Below are positions 52,600 through 64,000 of a DNA stretch of 64,000 bases, one piece after another. Source of the DNA: Glycera tridactyla. Lineage: Eukaryota. The first letter of the stretch is position 1, and each line of letters starts with the position of its first letter. The stretch covers positions 106,144,001-106,208,000 of the forward strand of contig OZ286459.1 in NCBI GenBank assembly GCA_965644265.1, read 5' to 3'. The notes under the pieces were generated by a model. That model was given only the letters and a program-made list of their open reading frames with translations. It did not search any database and was not told where the DNA came from. A program made the position numbers and the translations under genes.

Positions 52600-53820
52600 C
52601 TATGTGGGAAAATAAACTGTTCACTGGATTGAAGAAAGGGGCACCATTGTCGGGTTGGTTGGGGGACTGATGCAGAAGATGGTCACAATTCCTTTCTATG
52701 ATAGTGAATTTGAATGTGTTTTGAGCACTCTCAGTGTTCATGCAGTGTCTCATCTTCATTTCGATCATCGAAAATTGTTTTGATGAACTTGTATCCATTG
52801 TTGAATTTGAATACATCGATAATTCACATAAAAGAAGATTAATGTATATTGTGAATAATGCTGTTTTGATTTAATAAGTCACAAATGAAAATGAATTCTT
52901 GTATACTCCACTTGTAGGTGTGAAGAATTGTAATTTTCCAGGGTTATGCTTGCAGCTTCTTAGATCCTCTATACGGATGTTTTGAGGGCAATCAGTACTG
53001 CTGTGTGATTTGACATTTGAGGAAATACTACTCCCTATTTTTAGAAATTCGATCGAGTGAATTGAATGCAAGTGGCTTAGACAGGCACATCATTTCAATC
53101 GATTGATAACATCTGTGAATATATCATCTCCATAGATATATTCATTCCGTTCTGTGCTCTAGTGCTTTCTCCATGATTATGCCATGATTTTATCATAATT
53201 ACGTACATTAATAAGGATGGACCGGAAGTCATGTGATCCGATTGATCATCCGAACAGTGAGAGCACCTAAATGACCTCATGAAGTCGATGTGTATTCAAC
53301 TCCTGGACTTACTTACATACAGTAATTTCAATATTGGGCAAGTGAATTTGACTCAGTGAATTTGAGTCCTAATGTATGCGATGCAGTGTACCGAGGTGTC
53401 AGTCCGGCATATCCTGTCAAGGTGTTCAGTACTTTTCAAGCTTTTTCCAAGTCTGTAATTGCCAGGACAATTTCTGAAGAATATGAAAATACCCCATCCA
53501 TCTTCGATGATAGTGCATTATTGCCATATCATCCCAATTGAATGAAACTGATTCAGTAAGTGATATTAGATAATTGCCAAAATGTCCTTATCATGACAAG
53601 GCTGGTCTCAATCAGGAATTGCATAGGCCGAGCAATCTTTACAGTGACGAGTAAATCTATAAAATGGCAGGAGTCTACAATAAGCTGGCAAGAAAAGGTT
53701 CAGATCACCAGACAATTCTTGCCACTTTTAAATCATATAAAAATAGGTACGATTGGGCCTCACTTGTGTAGCAAGATATCATCCCAGCTACTGCGAAACC
53801 TTGAGCAGGTGTCTTGCATA
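52600..53820 (-). mobile_element. Probable very degenerate CR1-like LINE ORF2 (endonuclease/linker region)
   Basis: Broken minus-strand frames; RIEDLRSCKHNPGKL resembles the CR1 ORF2 linker motif K.N.KKLW. Many stops; weak. Confidence 0.3.
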
Positions 53821-53844
53821 TCAAATCTATATTCCTTCTGATCA

Positions 53845-54200
53845 GATAAGATAAGACAAGATAAGATACGAAATAACTTTAATGCATAAGATACAACATA
53901 TATACAGAGATATAGTTTTACAAATGACCCCGAAGGGTCATATTAGGTGATTATGCAAACACTCAATCAAATACCATGCAGATAAGTATTCCAGGATTCA
54001 AATGAGTAGTTTAAACAAATGATTGCAGGGATGATACAAGTGGTAATATACAATATGAGGTAATAATTAATCAGTGCATTACGAACAAGTTAAAATGGCA
54101 TCATGAACAAGATATTGTGGCATATGCAGACACTAGCTTGGTACAGTGCAAATGAATATTTTCCCATTACTAGATGGGTCATTTGATACATATAAGAAAG
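53845..54200 (-). mobile_element. LINE/SINE-type 3' end (L2/CR1-like): stem-loop, ATTAAA, (ATCTT)n tail
   Basis: On the minus strand: ATGACCC-TTCG-GGGTCAT hairpin (53924-53941), then ATTAAA (~53878-53883) and degenerate (ATCTT)n (53845-53872). Confidence 0.45.
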
Positions 54201-54899
54201 TGGTAAAATAAGTAGTCATATACGATATAAAGTGAGACCAAGTGGATGGGACATTGGTGAACTCTGTGTACTGTCACAGGATGATGCATTGACGGTCCAA
54301 ACTAACTGGCTGCTGGCCTCGATTCAGGTCACATGTCAGTGTGTCAATTATGCAAAAATTGTGCATCAATGGTGGCATATATCTCCTTGATGGAGAATAT
54401 TCTTACTTTACTGCAGGTGCGTGCGTTGCATAAGTTCATCCTCCGACTATTTATTGGTATATGGTGTACGTGTGCCACTCACTGGTGATGCCAGTCGAGA
54501 AAATGTTCGGTCTTCAGACATGAGATGGTCGAGGCTGAGTGAAAGATTTTCGGAAAAAAGAATCCTTAAGGTTCAAGATTGATTCTGAAGATTAACTTTC
54601 GGTGCTTCTGAAATATTTCTCGGGCATTCAGAGTTCGGTGGCAGCGCCATTCTAGATGGAGAAAATGCGTTGGCACAATGAAAGCCATACATCAAGATTG
54701 CTATGTCAAGAAGAAAGATTCGAAAAATAGGTCATGGTACTGTGGACGAAATGGACGGAAATTGGTGGGCATTATCCGAAATCGAAATATCATGGCACAC
54801 TCCAAATTGCTATGACTGAAGGTCTGAAAGGTGATAGTCTCACGACTTCTCTGCAGAGATACATCTTGAAAACACATTGCAGTACCATGGACAACATTT

Positions 54900-55260
54900 A
54901 TTGACATTCACAGTTGCAATGACATCGTCTTTCAGAACTAAAATATATTCTGATGAAATCTCTGGTATCTCAAAGTGATACAAGGCCCAAATCCCGACCT
55001 GTAACAGAACCCAATGGCTGCCAAAAAATCAGAAAATTCGCCTACATTGGATCTGGCTGGTGAGCACTTCAGAGAGAATTGATGTCTGTTGCAAGAACTT
55101 CTCTGGGCCACAGGTAACGTGGTTGTCATTGTGCAATATGTGGTAACATACCTAAGAGGTGACCTGCAACATACATCGAGGAGAGCTGAGACAGCAGTTC
55201 ATCTTGTAGATCTTGTAGTTCTGCTTCTGCTCTGCATGGATAGATTTGAAACTATTTCAC
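54900..55260 (-). mobile_element. Degenerate dispersed repeat, copy 1 (probable LINE ORF2 C-terminal remnant)
   Basis: DNA similarity to 55550-55900 (TGGGCC.CAGGT.ACGT.GTTGTCAT; GGAGAGCTGA.ACAGCAG; CGTCTTTCAGA.CTA.AATATAT.CTGATGAA). Confidence 0.4.
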
Positions 55261-55549
55261 AGTACTGTGGTCATAATTTACTAGCAGTTCTCCAGACAGA
55301 GTCATTCAAAATCAAAATATATTCCGGCACACTCTTTGAATTTTACATCTAGATTACTGAAGGACAGATGGGTTCAGGTTTTGCCTCTGTTTCACAAAGA
55401 TAGATTTCAAAAATGCATTGCTGTACTGTGGACATGATTAATTCAATTTGAGGTTATTTTTTCTTATCGTCATCGTGAAATGAATGCATGTATTCGTATC
55501 TAATTGTTATGACGATCGGAATTGAAGTAACTTGTCATTTGTGCTCTCA

Positions 55550-55900
55550 ATGGCACCGTCTTTCAGAGCTAGAATATATCCTGATGAAGATTCGAGCAAC
55601 CCATCCATCTCATAGTGGAACAGGGCTCAAACCCTGGTTCGTGAGGTAACGTCCCAAGGGGCCAGAAAATACACCGGCATCCTGGGTTCCCAGACACCAC
55701 ATACAAGGCCAGGCTGACGAGCACCGTTCAAAAATGCTGTCCGATGAAAGGAAGTGGCGGAGAGCTACTCGTTTTTGGGCCCCAGGTGACGTAGTTGTCA
55801 TGGAGATTGTATAAGATGTGGTAAGATACCACATATACAAATCAGGAGAGCTGAAACAGCAGATCACCTTGTGCACTTCCACTGTGTAGGTCATCAATAG
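55550..55900 (-). mobile_element. Degenerate dispersed repeat, copy 2 (probable L1/Tx1-like ORF2 C-terminal Cys region)
   Basis: Minus frame ISMTTTSPG...RHFLSSDSIFERC...PCMWCLGTQDAGVFSGP...DGWVARI aligns with copy 3. Confidence 0.45.
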
Positions 55901-56551
55901 TGGTCTCGGTCGTGCTTCTCAACCCCCCGGATAACATGCGGAGGTAGTTTGCTTTGGTGTTGAAATAAATTTGGTAATCTGAACATCTATATTCCATAGT
56001 ATGTGCTGTATACATAGTTTGTTTGGAAAATACCCTGACAGAAGTAATCATGGGAATCCCGTGTTATTCCGATCAGACTGATAGTTTGTGGTAGATACGA
56101 TGCACCATCCGCGTCAGTTGAGAATTTTTCTACTCTTGCAGTCATGAGATATTTGCTGAGGTAATTACGTTCGAACTGATTCCCAGTAATTATCGAATGC
56201 ATACGTATTTTTGATGTATTTTTCAGCGCCGAGCCAACAACAATGCTGACTCTTGTTCTTACCGTTTGCGAGGAGGAGGTCATGAAGCAGTAATGTCGAA
56301 CGCATGGGAGTGTGGTCAACACTTCCCATGCAGTCTGTGACATACTAGTAGTCGATGTGAGCGTGATTTCTTGTCGTTTGGCGAAACTACATGCCGTAGC
56401 GTAGCCAGGAAAGCATTGGGAATATCTAAAGACTGTTCCTGAATCATGGACATCTGAACTCTATGGAAGTTAGTGGAGATGGACTGAAGACGGAGGCACA
56501 TTGTTCGACTAAGGTCTTACTAGGACGACTGAAAACCGCCATTCGTGGCCG

Positions 56552-58808
56552 AATGTGTAGTGGGGTGAGGTCGGCTTTATTTAGGGAAGACGAAGAATGG
56601 AAAATAGGAGTACCAGAAGAAGGCACAGAATGGTGTCTCCCCAAGACGAATGTGTAGTGGGGTGAGGTCGGCTTTATTCAGGGAAGACGAAGAATGGGAA
56701 ATAGGAGTACCAGAAGAAGGCACAGAATGATGTCTCCTCGAGACAAATGTGTAGTGGGGTGAGGTCAGCTTTATTCAGGGAAGACGAAGAATGGGAAATA
56801 GGAGTACCAGAAGAAGGCACAGAATGGTGTCTCCCCAAGACAAATGTGTAGTGGGGTGAGGTCGGCTTTATTCAGGGAAGACGAAGAATGGGAAATAGGA
56901 GTACCAGAAGAAGGCACAGAATGGTGTCTCCCCAAGACAAATGTGTAGTGGGGTGAGGTCGGCTTTATTCAGGGAAGACGAAGAATGGGAAATAGGAGTA
57001 CCAGAAGAAGGCACAGAATGGTGTCTCCCCAAGACAAATGTGTAGTGGGGTGAGGTCGGCTTTATTCAGGAAAGACGAAGAATGGGAAATAGGAGTACCA
57101 GAAGAAGGCACAGAATGGTGTGTCCCCTAAGCAAATGTGTAGTGGGGTGAGGTCGGCTTTATTCAGGGAAGACGAAGAATGGGAAATAGGAGTACCAGAA
57201 TAAGGCACAGAATGGTGTCTCCCCAAGACAAATGTGTAGTGGGGTGAGGTCGGCTTTTTTCAGGGAAGACGAAGAATGGGAAATAGGAGTACCAGAAGAA
57301 GGCATAGAATGGTGTCTCCCCTAAGTAAATGTGTAGTGGGGTGGGGTCGGCTTTATTCAGGGAAGACAAAGAATGGGAAATAGAAGTACCAGAAGAAGGC
57401 ATAGAATGGTGTCTCCCCAAGACAAATGTGTAGTGGGGGGGGGGGGTCGGCTTTATTCAGGGAAGACGAAGAATGGGAAATAGGAGTACCAGAAGAAGGC
57501 ACAGAATGGTGTCTCCCCAAGACAAATGTGTAGTGGGGTGAGGTCGGCTTTATTCAGGGAAGACGAAGAATGGGAAATAGGAGTACCAGAAGAAGGCACA
57601 GAATGGTGTCTCCCCAAGACAAATGTGTAGTGGGGTGAGGTCGGCTTTATTCAGGAAAGACGAAGAATGGGAAATAGGAGTACCAGAAGAAGGCACAGAA
57701 TGGTGTCTCCCCAAGACAAATGTGTAGTGGGGTGAGGTCGGCTTTTTTCAGGGAAGACGAAGAATGGGAAATAGGAGTACCAGAAGTAGGCACAGAATGG
57801 TGTGTCCCCTAAGCAAATGTGTAGTGGGGTGGGGTCGGCTTTATTCAGGGAAGACGAAGAATGGGAAATAGGAGTACCAGAAGAAGGCATAGAATGGTGT
57901 CTCCCCAAGACAAATGTGTAGTGGGGGGGGGGGGTCGGCTTTTTTCAGAGAAGACGAAGAATGGGAAATAGGAGTACCAGAAGAAGGCACAGAATGGTGT
58001 CTCCCCAAGACAAATGTGTAGTGGGGTGAGGTTGGCTTTATTCAGGGAAGACGAAGAATGGGAAATAGGAGTACCAGAAGAAGGCACAGAATGGTGTCTC
58101 CCCAAGACAAATGTGTAGTGGGGTGAGGTCGGCTTTATTCAGGGAAGACGAAGAATGGGAAATAGGAGTACCAGAAGAAGGCACAGAATGGTGTCTCCCC
58201 AAGACAAATGTGTAGTGGGGTGAGGTCGGCTTTATTCAGGAAAGACGAAGAATGGGAAATAGGAGTACCAGAAGAAGGCACAGAATGGTGTCTCCCCAAG
58301 ACAAATGTGTAGTGGGGTGAGGTCGGCTTTATTCAGGGAAGACGAAGAATGGGAAATAGGAGTACCAGAAGAAGACATAGAATGGTGTCTCCCCAAGACA
58401 AATGTGTAGTGGGGTGAGGTCGGCTTTATTCAGGGAAGACGAAGAATGGGAAATAGGAGTACCAGAAGAAGGCACAGAATGGTGTGTCCCCTAAGCAAAT
58501 GTGTTGTGGGGTGAGGTCGGCTTTATTCAGGGGAGACGAAGAATGGGAAATAGGAGTACCAGAAGAAGGCACAGAATGGTGTCTCCCCAAGACAAATGTG
58601 TAGTGGGGTGAGGTCGGCTTTTTTCAGGGAAGATGAAGAATGGGAAATAGGAGTACCAGAAGAAGGCACAGAATGGTGTCTCCACAAGACAAATGTGTAG
58701 TGGGGTGAGGTCGGCTTTATTCAGGGAAGACGAAGAATGGGAAATAGGAGTACCAGAAGAAGGCACAGAATGGTGTCTCCCCAAGACAAATGTGTAGTGG
58801 GGTGAGGT
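56552..58808. repeat. 97-bp G/purine-rich satellite array, ~23 copies
   Basis: Unit GTGTAGTGGGGTGAGGTCGGCTTTATTCAGGGAAGACGAAGAATGGGAAATAGGAGTACCAGAAGAAGGCACAGAATGGTGTCTCCCCAAGACAAAT. Confidence 0.97.
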
Positions 58809-58829
58809 GACGCAAAGGCTGAGATAGTT

Positions 58830-61800
58830 CAGTGTCACACCCTGAATTACCTGCAACTAAGTGCTATCAATTTAAAAATCCAAATTCCATTTCATCAAAA
58901 CAACCGCAAAAACCTTCTGATCCCATAGTGGCACCACAAAAGCAAGCCAGGGCCAAGGCCTTGGCTTATTTTGTCATAAGTGGAACCTCTTCCAAATGGA
59001 GAAACCTAGGAAAAGAAGATATCAATGATTATAAGAAAAAGAAGATATCAATGATTATAGGCGATACAGCTGCAATTTGGTATGAAGCATTGGAGGAGAA
59101 AGATTTGAACAGAAAATTGTCGGTAGAAAGATCGAGTTGCTGGGACTGCAAGCACAAGTTGTACCCACTAAAACAAAGAAGGGACAGTACGCTTTATTTC
59201 GTATGAAAGGTAATTGTGAAAAGGGAGTATGTGTGTGAGATAGGTCCATAGGAAGATCCGGCTGATCAAGAGGAACAGAGAATGTGTTTCATTATCAGTG
59301 AGTGCAGCGGGCATTTAAGAGCACACGAGAGTTGAAAGTTGTGGAAGCTGCAAGGGATGTCAAAATGGCATAGGAGAACAGAAATTGGTTTATTGACGTG
59401 CCGGTGCCTACTTTGGAGGAAGGTTAAAATCTTCTTCCTGACTCAGCAAATATGTGTGATATTGTCAGCATGGAACTATATTTCATGATAAATTATTGAA
59501 ATGCACAAATTAAATTTGTATGGTTCCGGACCCACATAGCACCAACCACTCAGTCAGTGGAGGAGCAAGTTGACTCACACGCTGAGCTATTTGGACCACT
59601 AAAAAGGGGGCTACTCACCCCAGCCAGGAGCATGCTCGACTCCTCACACAGATAACCAGAGACCCAGTTGACAATCTCGTGAAATTCTCACGCAATGGGA
59701 GATGGTTGGAATAAAACTATATCTCATGGTACACCATGCTGGAGAGAAAGGATTTATATGAAAAAAGGGTTGAATTCTGGTAATGTAATATGTACATTTC
59801 AATAGAGTATCGTGAAGTATAATTTTATTTTGACATGAGTGTTGTTCGGCCTGGTAAAATTATGAGGAAACTAATTTTAGAAGACGACTACTGTCTGCTA
59901 GATGTGATCGACCTTGATGATGAGCTTCTGATACTCATTCCTTTCATTGAGAGTGATCAGTAAACAAATGTGTTGGCAGCTCAAAATTATTTGATATTGA
60001 AAATGCAAATGTGCTCGGGTCAGAAGTGCGTAGCGATCGCATCATTGAGCTATTTGACTAGGCTGAGCTCCTTTTGAAGCCTCTGCAGGTGATTGAATGA
60101 CATAATACACAATAATCGTGACATTTTCGAATCTTTCTCTCATCGGTTAGGGAAGGTCACAAGTGCTGAACATGAAATAGAACCAGAACCTCATGCTAGG
60201 GTCATCAGACCTAGACCAAATAGAGTGAGTCCTGAAAAACAAGAATCTCTTGACAAGAAAGTTCAGGACCCTTTGACTGCCAAATTTTATTGCTGAATTT
60301 GTCAAGTCATGGCATGTCATGTCATGCAGAGAACAAGAATCCTGCGAATAATGGTTCAGTGCTATATTGAGGGATTCAAAGAAATAATCATGATTTTGAA
60401 GACATGAGTTTCTATCAGAGATATGAACCGCCACCAAAAGATCGGCTAGAATGAATTGAGTGCTAAAAGATGCTAGCATTACATTTTGAATGCTATCTTT
60501 CATATACTAGGCTAACAATATTCATGCGACATAGCTTTGCCTGATGGCTCTTTTCAGACAATATGTGAAGGAATGGCTGATCCGTGTGCGCAGCAAAGAC
60601 TACTGACCCAAAATGGCCACAGATATCAGAGCTAGTATCCAAAGCTGTGAAACATGGGGTCGAGTTGAGTGGCCGAACAATCGGAGCTGTGCCAAAGTTG
60701 TCCTTTTTGGTATGCTGTACCTGGATGTATTATCACTTCTGACAGATCCCTGTGCAGGTCATATGGATTCATCAGTGGTGATAGATTCATTTTCCGCGTA
60801 CACACTGACCCAAAATGGCCACAGATATCAGAGCTAGTATCCAAAGCTGTGAAACATGGGGCCGAGTTGAGTGGCCGAACAATCGGAGCTGTGCCAAAGT
60901 TGTCCTTTTTGGTATGCTGTACCTGGATGTATTATCACTTCTGACAGATCCCTGTGCAGGTCATATGGATTCATCAGTGGTGATAGATTCATTTTCCGCG
61001 TACACACTGACCCAAAATGGCCACAGATATCAGAGCTAGTATCCAAAGCTGTGAAACATGGGGCCGAGTTGAGTGGCCGAACAATCGGAGCTGTGCCAAA
61101 GTTGTCCTTTTTGGTATGCTGTACCTGGATGTATTATCACTTCTGACAGATCCCTGTGCAGGTCATATGGATTCATCAGTGGTGATAGATTCATTTTCCG
61201 CGTACACACTGACCCAAAATGGCCACAGATATCAGAGCTAGTATCCAAAGCTGTGAAACATGGGGCCGAGTTGAGTGGCCGAACAATCGGAGCTGTGCCA
61301 AAGTTGTCCTTTTTGGTATGCTGTACCTGGATGTATTATCACTTCTGACAGATCCCTGTGCAGGTCATATGGATTCATCAGTGGTGATAGATTCATTTTC
61401 CGCGTACATAGAGGTTTTTGCTATCCATGAAGAGAAAGCTCAAACAATGATGAAGGCTCTCTTCTGTGAGTAGGTCTGTCGTAATGACATTCTGACAACA
61501 GACAGCTACCAGAGTCTAAGACGCCAAATGATATGAAAGGTGGTGCAGGTTGAGAGAAGGTACTTGTCAGCAAGTCCAAAGGATGGGTCAGTTGTCCGAT
61601 TAAATTCGAATACTTGTGTATCTCAATCTGCTTGCTATTCACCCAGGTTATTTGCTACAGGGGAGGATACAAATATTAGTGATTTGCCATGTTAGAGATT
61701 GAGAGATATTATGTTGGAGTATAGGTCTACCCTAGCCTTGAAGCCATGTGCATGCTATGATGTGGAGCCATACAATAGGGAATAAGTCTTGGGCAAGAGA

Positions 61801-61900
61801 AAGCCCCAATTTCCTCGCTGTGTTTGTGGGACAATCCGCTCTATATTTTCTTTGACCAGCATACCGGATCAGTCGATGCTATTGTGGGAAGACAGATGAC
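58830..61900 (+). mobile_element. Degenerate, internally deleted Ty3/Gypsy LTR retrotransposon (gag - RT N-terminus - integrase)
   Basis: gag-like GDTAAIWYEAL (58832 ORF); RT leader LGKVTSAEHEIEPEPHARVIRPRPNRVSPEKQESLDKKVQ (60093 ORF); integrase PKMATDIRASIQSCET, LYLDVL, VVIDSFSAYIEVFAI, ILTTD, GSVVRLN, MLEYRST. The RT-then-IN order is Gypsy-type. No LTRs recognised. Confidence 0.8.
60602..61408 (+). repeat. 4 x 202-bp near-identical tandem amplification of the integrase zinc-finger/core junction
   Basis: Units start ACTGACCCAAAATGGCC at 60602, 60804, 61006 and 61208. The only difference I found is GGGGTCGAG in unit 1 versus GGGGCCGAG in units 2-4. Confidence 0.95.
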
Positions 61901-63359
61901 TGATCAGGGGGGTCAGCCATTCCAATATGTCCAAAAAGTACGAAGGCGTGCTGAAGAAAGACAATAGAGAAAAAATGAGAAGATGTCAATTAGTAACTGA
62001 GAGAGAAGCTGGAATGGAAAATTGAGCTACCACGTACTTATTGGTGTACAAACATGCATTGGAGTCCCCATGAAATCGAAAATGAACTCACCGCACTCAA
62101 CGACAACGTGGTAGGCGACTTGAATAGGGTGAGACAATCTACTCTGGCTCTCAGTAGTCATAATGTGTCAGCTAAGAAATAGAGACCATGACAGAAGCAA
62201 CAGATAGTTGGGCGAAAACACGCAAATGTCACAATGGCTTTGAAAGCCTGTCTAGATAATATCTACTTGCAGGTTAAGCAGACCAGAGACGATGACTCAC
62301 GTCGATAACTATAGATGTCGCCATGATCGGTGTTCTGGTAATGCATGTGATGATGACTGCTAATGTAGGGAAGCTCTCAGACTGTGCCTTCCCTGAGCGG
62401 GAAGCATCAAAATCGCAAGTGATACCATTGCCCAGCTTGGGAAAGATGGGATTTGAGGCGACAAATTGAGAGCCATGGGTTAGTCAACTGATCACAACCC
62501 TTTTGAGATCTCTCACTGTAGGGTAGTATTGTCACATGATGAGTAATTCTACTTCAGTCTCAGTGTGTTGGAATACGGAGCCTGCTCTGATTGAAGAGTT
62601 GTGGCCAGATCTCAGACCCCATCAACCGCCAATTCTTGGGATAATCCCACGTCTTAGGCACCTAGTCTTGATTCCAAGTAATTGTTGAATCGTACTTGAA
62701 TACATCTTCCGGTTCATCAATAAGCAGCAGATGCAGCAGGAGATGTGATATCTCAATAGACACCAGCGGGGAGTGTTAAAACAGTTGAAATATATGGCTT
62801 CGCATGAACATCCAGCATCTTTTATCTTTTTTGAAGAGTCTGACATGTTTCTCAGCGATTTCAGGCGAGTGTCAGACCTGAGGTGATGTTTTCAAGGTGA
62901 AACGCAAATATTATGCATGGTCTTGAAACGGAGAACTGAAGACGTAGGTGGTCACTCTTATGTTCAAATGAAACCGTAGGGTGGAGATCTTTCTGTCTGG
63001 CGTCCATAGGCGTTAGCAGCGAGGCTAAACGAAATCCACAAAAAAATCAGAATGAAGATAAACTCTGAGTACGGCCGTTCGAGCAAAGATCATCAAGTGT
63101 GGTTTTCTCTGATAAAAGAACTATTCTCTCCGGCCTACATCGCCGCATTTCATGGTCTCATTTCACTGGGATGTGGACATGAACACAGACGACGATGGAA
63201 TTGAATCAGTCTGGTCATGGGTGGGAGTTAGGAATGCTAATCCTGGACTCAATTGAAGATTCTGAATTGCATTTGGTTGGGAAGTCATGTTTTGGGGATC
63301 TTCTCTCTTTATAGGTCAGGAATGGGAATGTAAGTTCATATGATGAATACAGTAGCTAG

Positions 63360-63800
63360 CCGGGGCCCACATCTCGCACAAGCCATGAATAGAGTGAAAT
63401 ATTTTCCCTACCAGCCTCCTCTATGAGAGCATTCCTTTTTATGGTCATCTTTATGGCTCTAGATAAAGACTGGAAGTGGCTCGGCCAGCAGCTGTCATTG
63501 CTATAATTGTTTTGAGGGCAACCTGGCAGATATAGGATCCCACCATAAACAATTCTGGTGAGCCATCCATCTATGCCATATGGAACCGTGCTGACACGCC
63601 TGTATTCCAAGTAGGGGCCTGAAAATAAGGTAGAATCTCCACCTGCATTGAGCGTTTCCAGACACTAAAAACAAGGCTCAGCTATTAGGCACCTCTAGGA
63701 AACACACTGTCTGATGCAAGATAGTGGCGAAAAGGCCACCCTTCCCCTGGTGATGTTGTCACCATGGAGATTATACAGGATTTGGGTGTGATATCGTCGT
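63360..63800 (-). mobile_element. Degenerate dispersed repeat, copy 3 (probable L1/Tx1-like ORF2 C-terminal remnant)
   Basis: Minus frames ISMVTTSPG...RHYLASDSVF...PCF*CLETLNAG...LFSGP...DGWLTRI...KRNALIEE; homologous to copy 2. Confidence 0.45.
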
Positions 63801-64000
63801 TCGTACTGCTCAGCGCGGGGACTTTTGCATTTATGCGACATTCAATCTAATTTCTTCCTTCTGAATTGATCCTGTTTTTGTCGTTGATCTTCTTCACTTT
63901 TCTTTGTGGAGGGTGTCCTGACAACATGCATCTTCATGGTTGTTTACCTCTCAATCTCACTGGTCCCCCATCTTACAGAACATCAAGTTCATATATCATC

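Noticed and set aside
54900-55900. Plus-strand Penelope GIY-YIG endonuclease reading (NLKYILMKS, CIRCGK)
   Set aside because: No GIY/YIG core; the third copy has plus-frame stops while the minus frame keeps conservative substitutions. Left unresolved in favour of the minus-strand reading.
56552-58808. 97-bp array as CRISPR or as coding repeats
   Set aside because: Whole units are near-identical with no variable spacer, and the unit length is not divisible by 3.
1-64000. tRNA, rRNA, tRNA-derived SINE heads or host protein-coding exons
   Set aside because: No cloverleaf, properly spaced A/B boxes, rRNA-like tract or recognisable host domain was found by eye. Small exons could be missed without RNA-seq or homology search.

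Overview
Repeat-rich, intergenic or intronic eukaryotic DNA. It looks like an invertebrate animal genome: roughly 40% GC by eye, abundant (GA)n/(CA)n/(TCTG)n/(CAT)n microsatellites, and nine N-gaps (about 1101-1504, 5793-6071, 16816-17384, 20029-20177, three within 27858-28579, 37232-37588, 46044-46622), several abutting simple repeats. I could not support any host protein-coding exon, RNA gene or CRISPR array. The best-supported element is a complete 4.6-kb Merlin (eukaryotic IS1595/ISXO2-like) DNA transposon at 43807-48443. It has a 26-bp perfect TIR, an 8-bp TSD with one mismatch, collinear degenerate inverted arms about 430 bp long, and a DDE transposase on +. It also holds an unrecognised, apparently spliced and decayed second gene on the - strand, which is the most interesting thing in the window. 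Other content: a TA-flanked 410-440-bp MITE family (4 copies plus a fragment); a Harbinger-like MITE packed with CGACG motifs; degenerate CR1/L2 and probable L1/Tx1-like LINE fragments; and an internally deleted Gypsy LTR retrotransposon whose integrase segment is tandemly amplified (4 x 202 bp), lying directly downstream of a 97-bp satellite. There are also a 72-bp satellite, a 651-bp tandem duplication, a 24-bp minisatellite, two foldback hairpins and an RFX X-box site. All alignments and counts were done by eye, so coordinates of degenerate elements are approximate.
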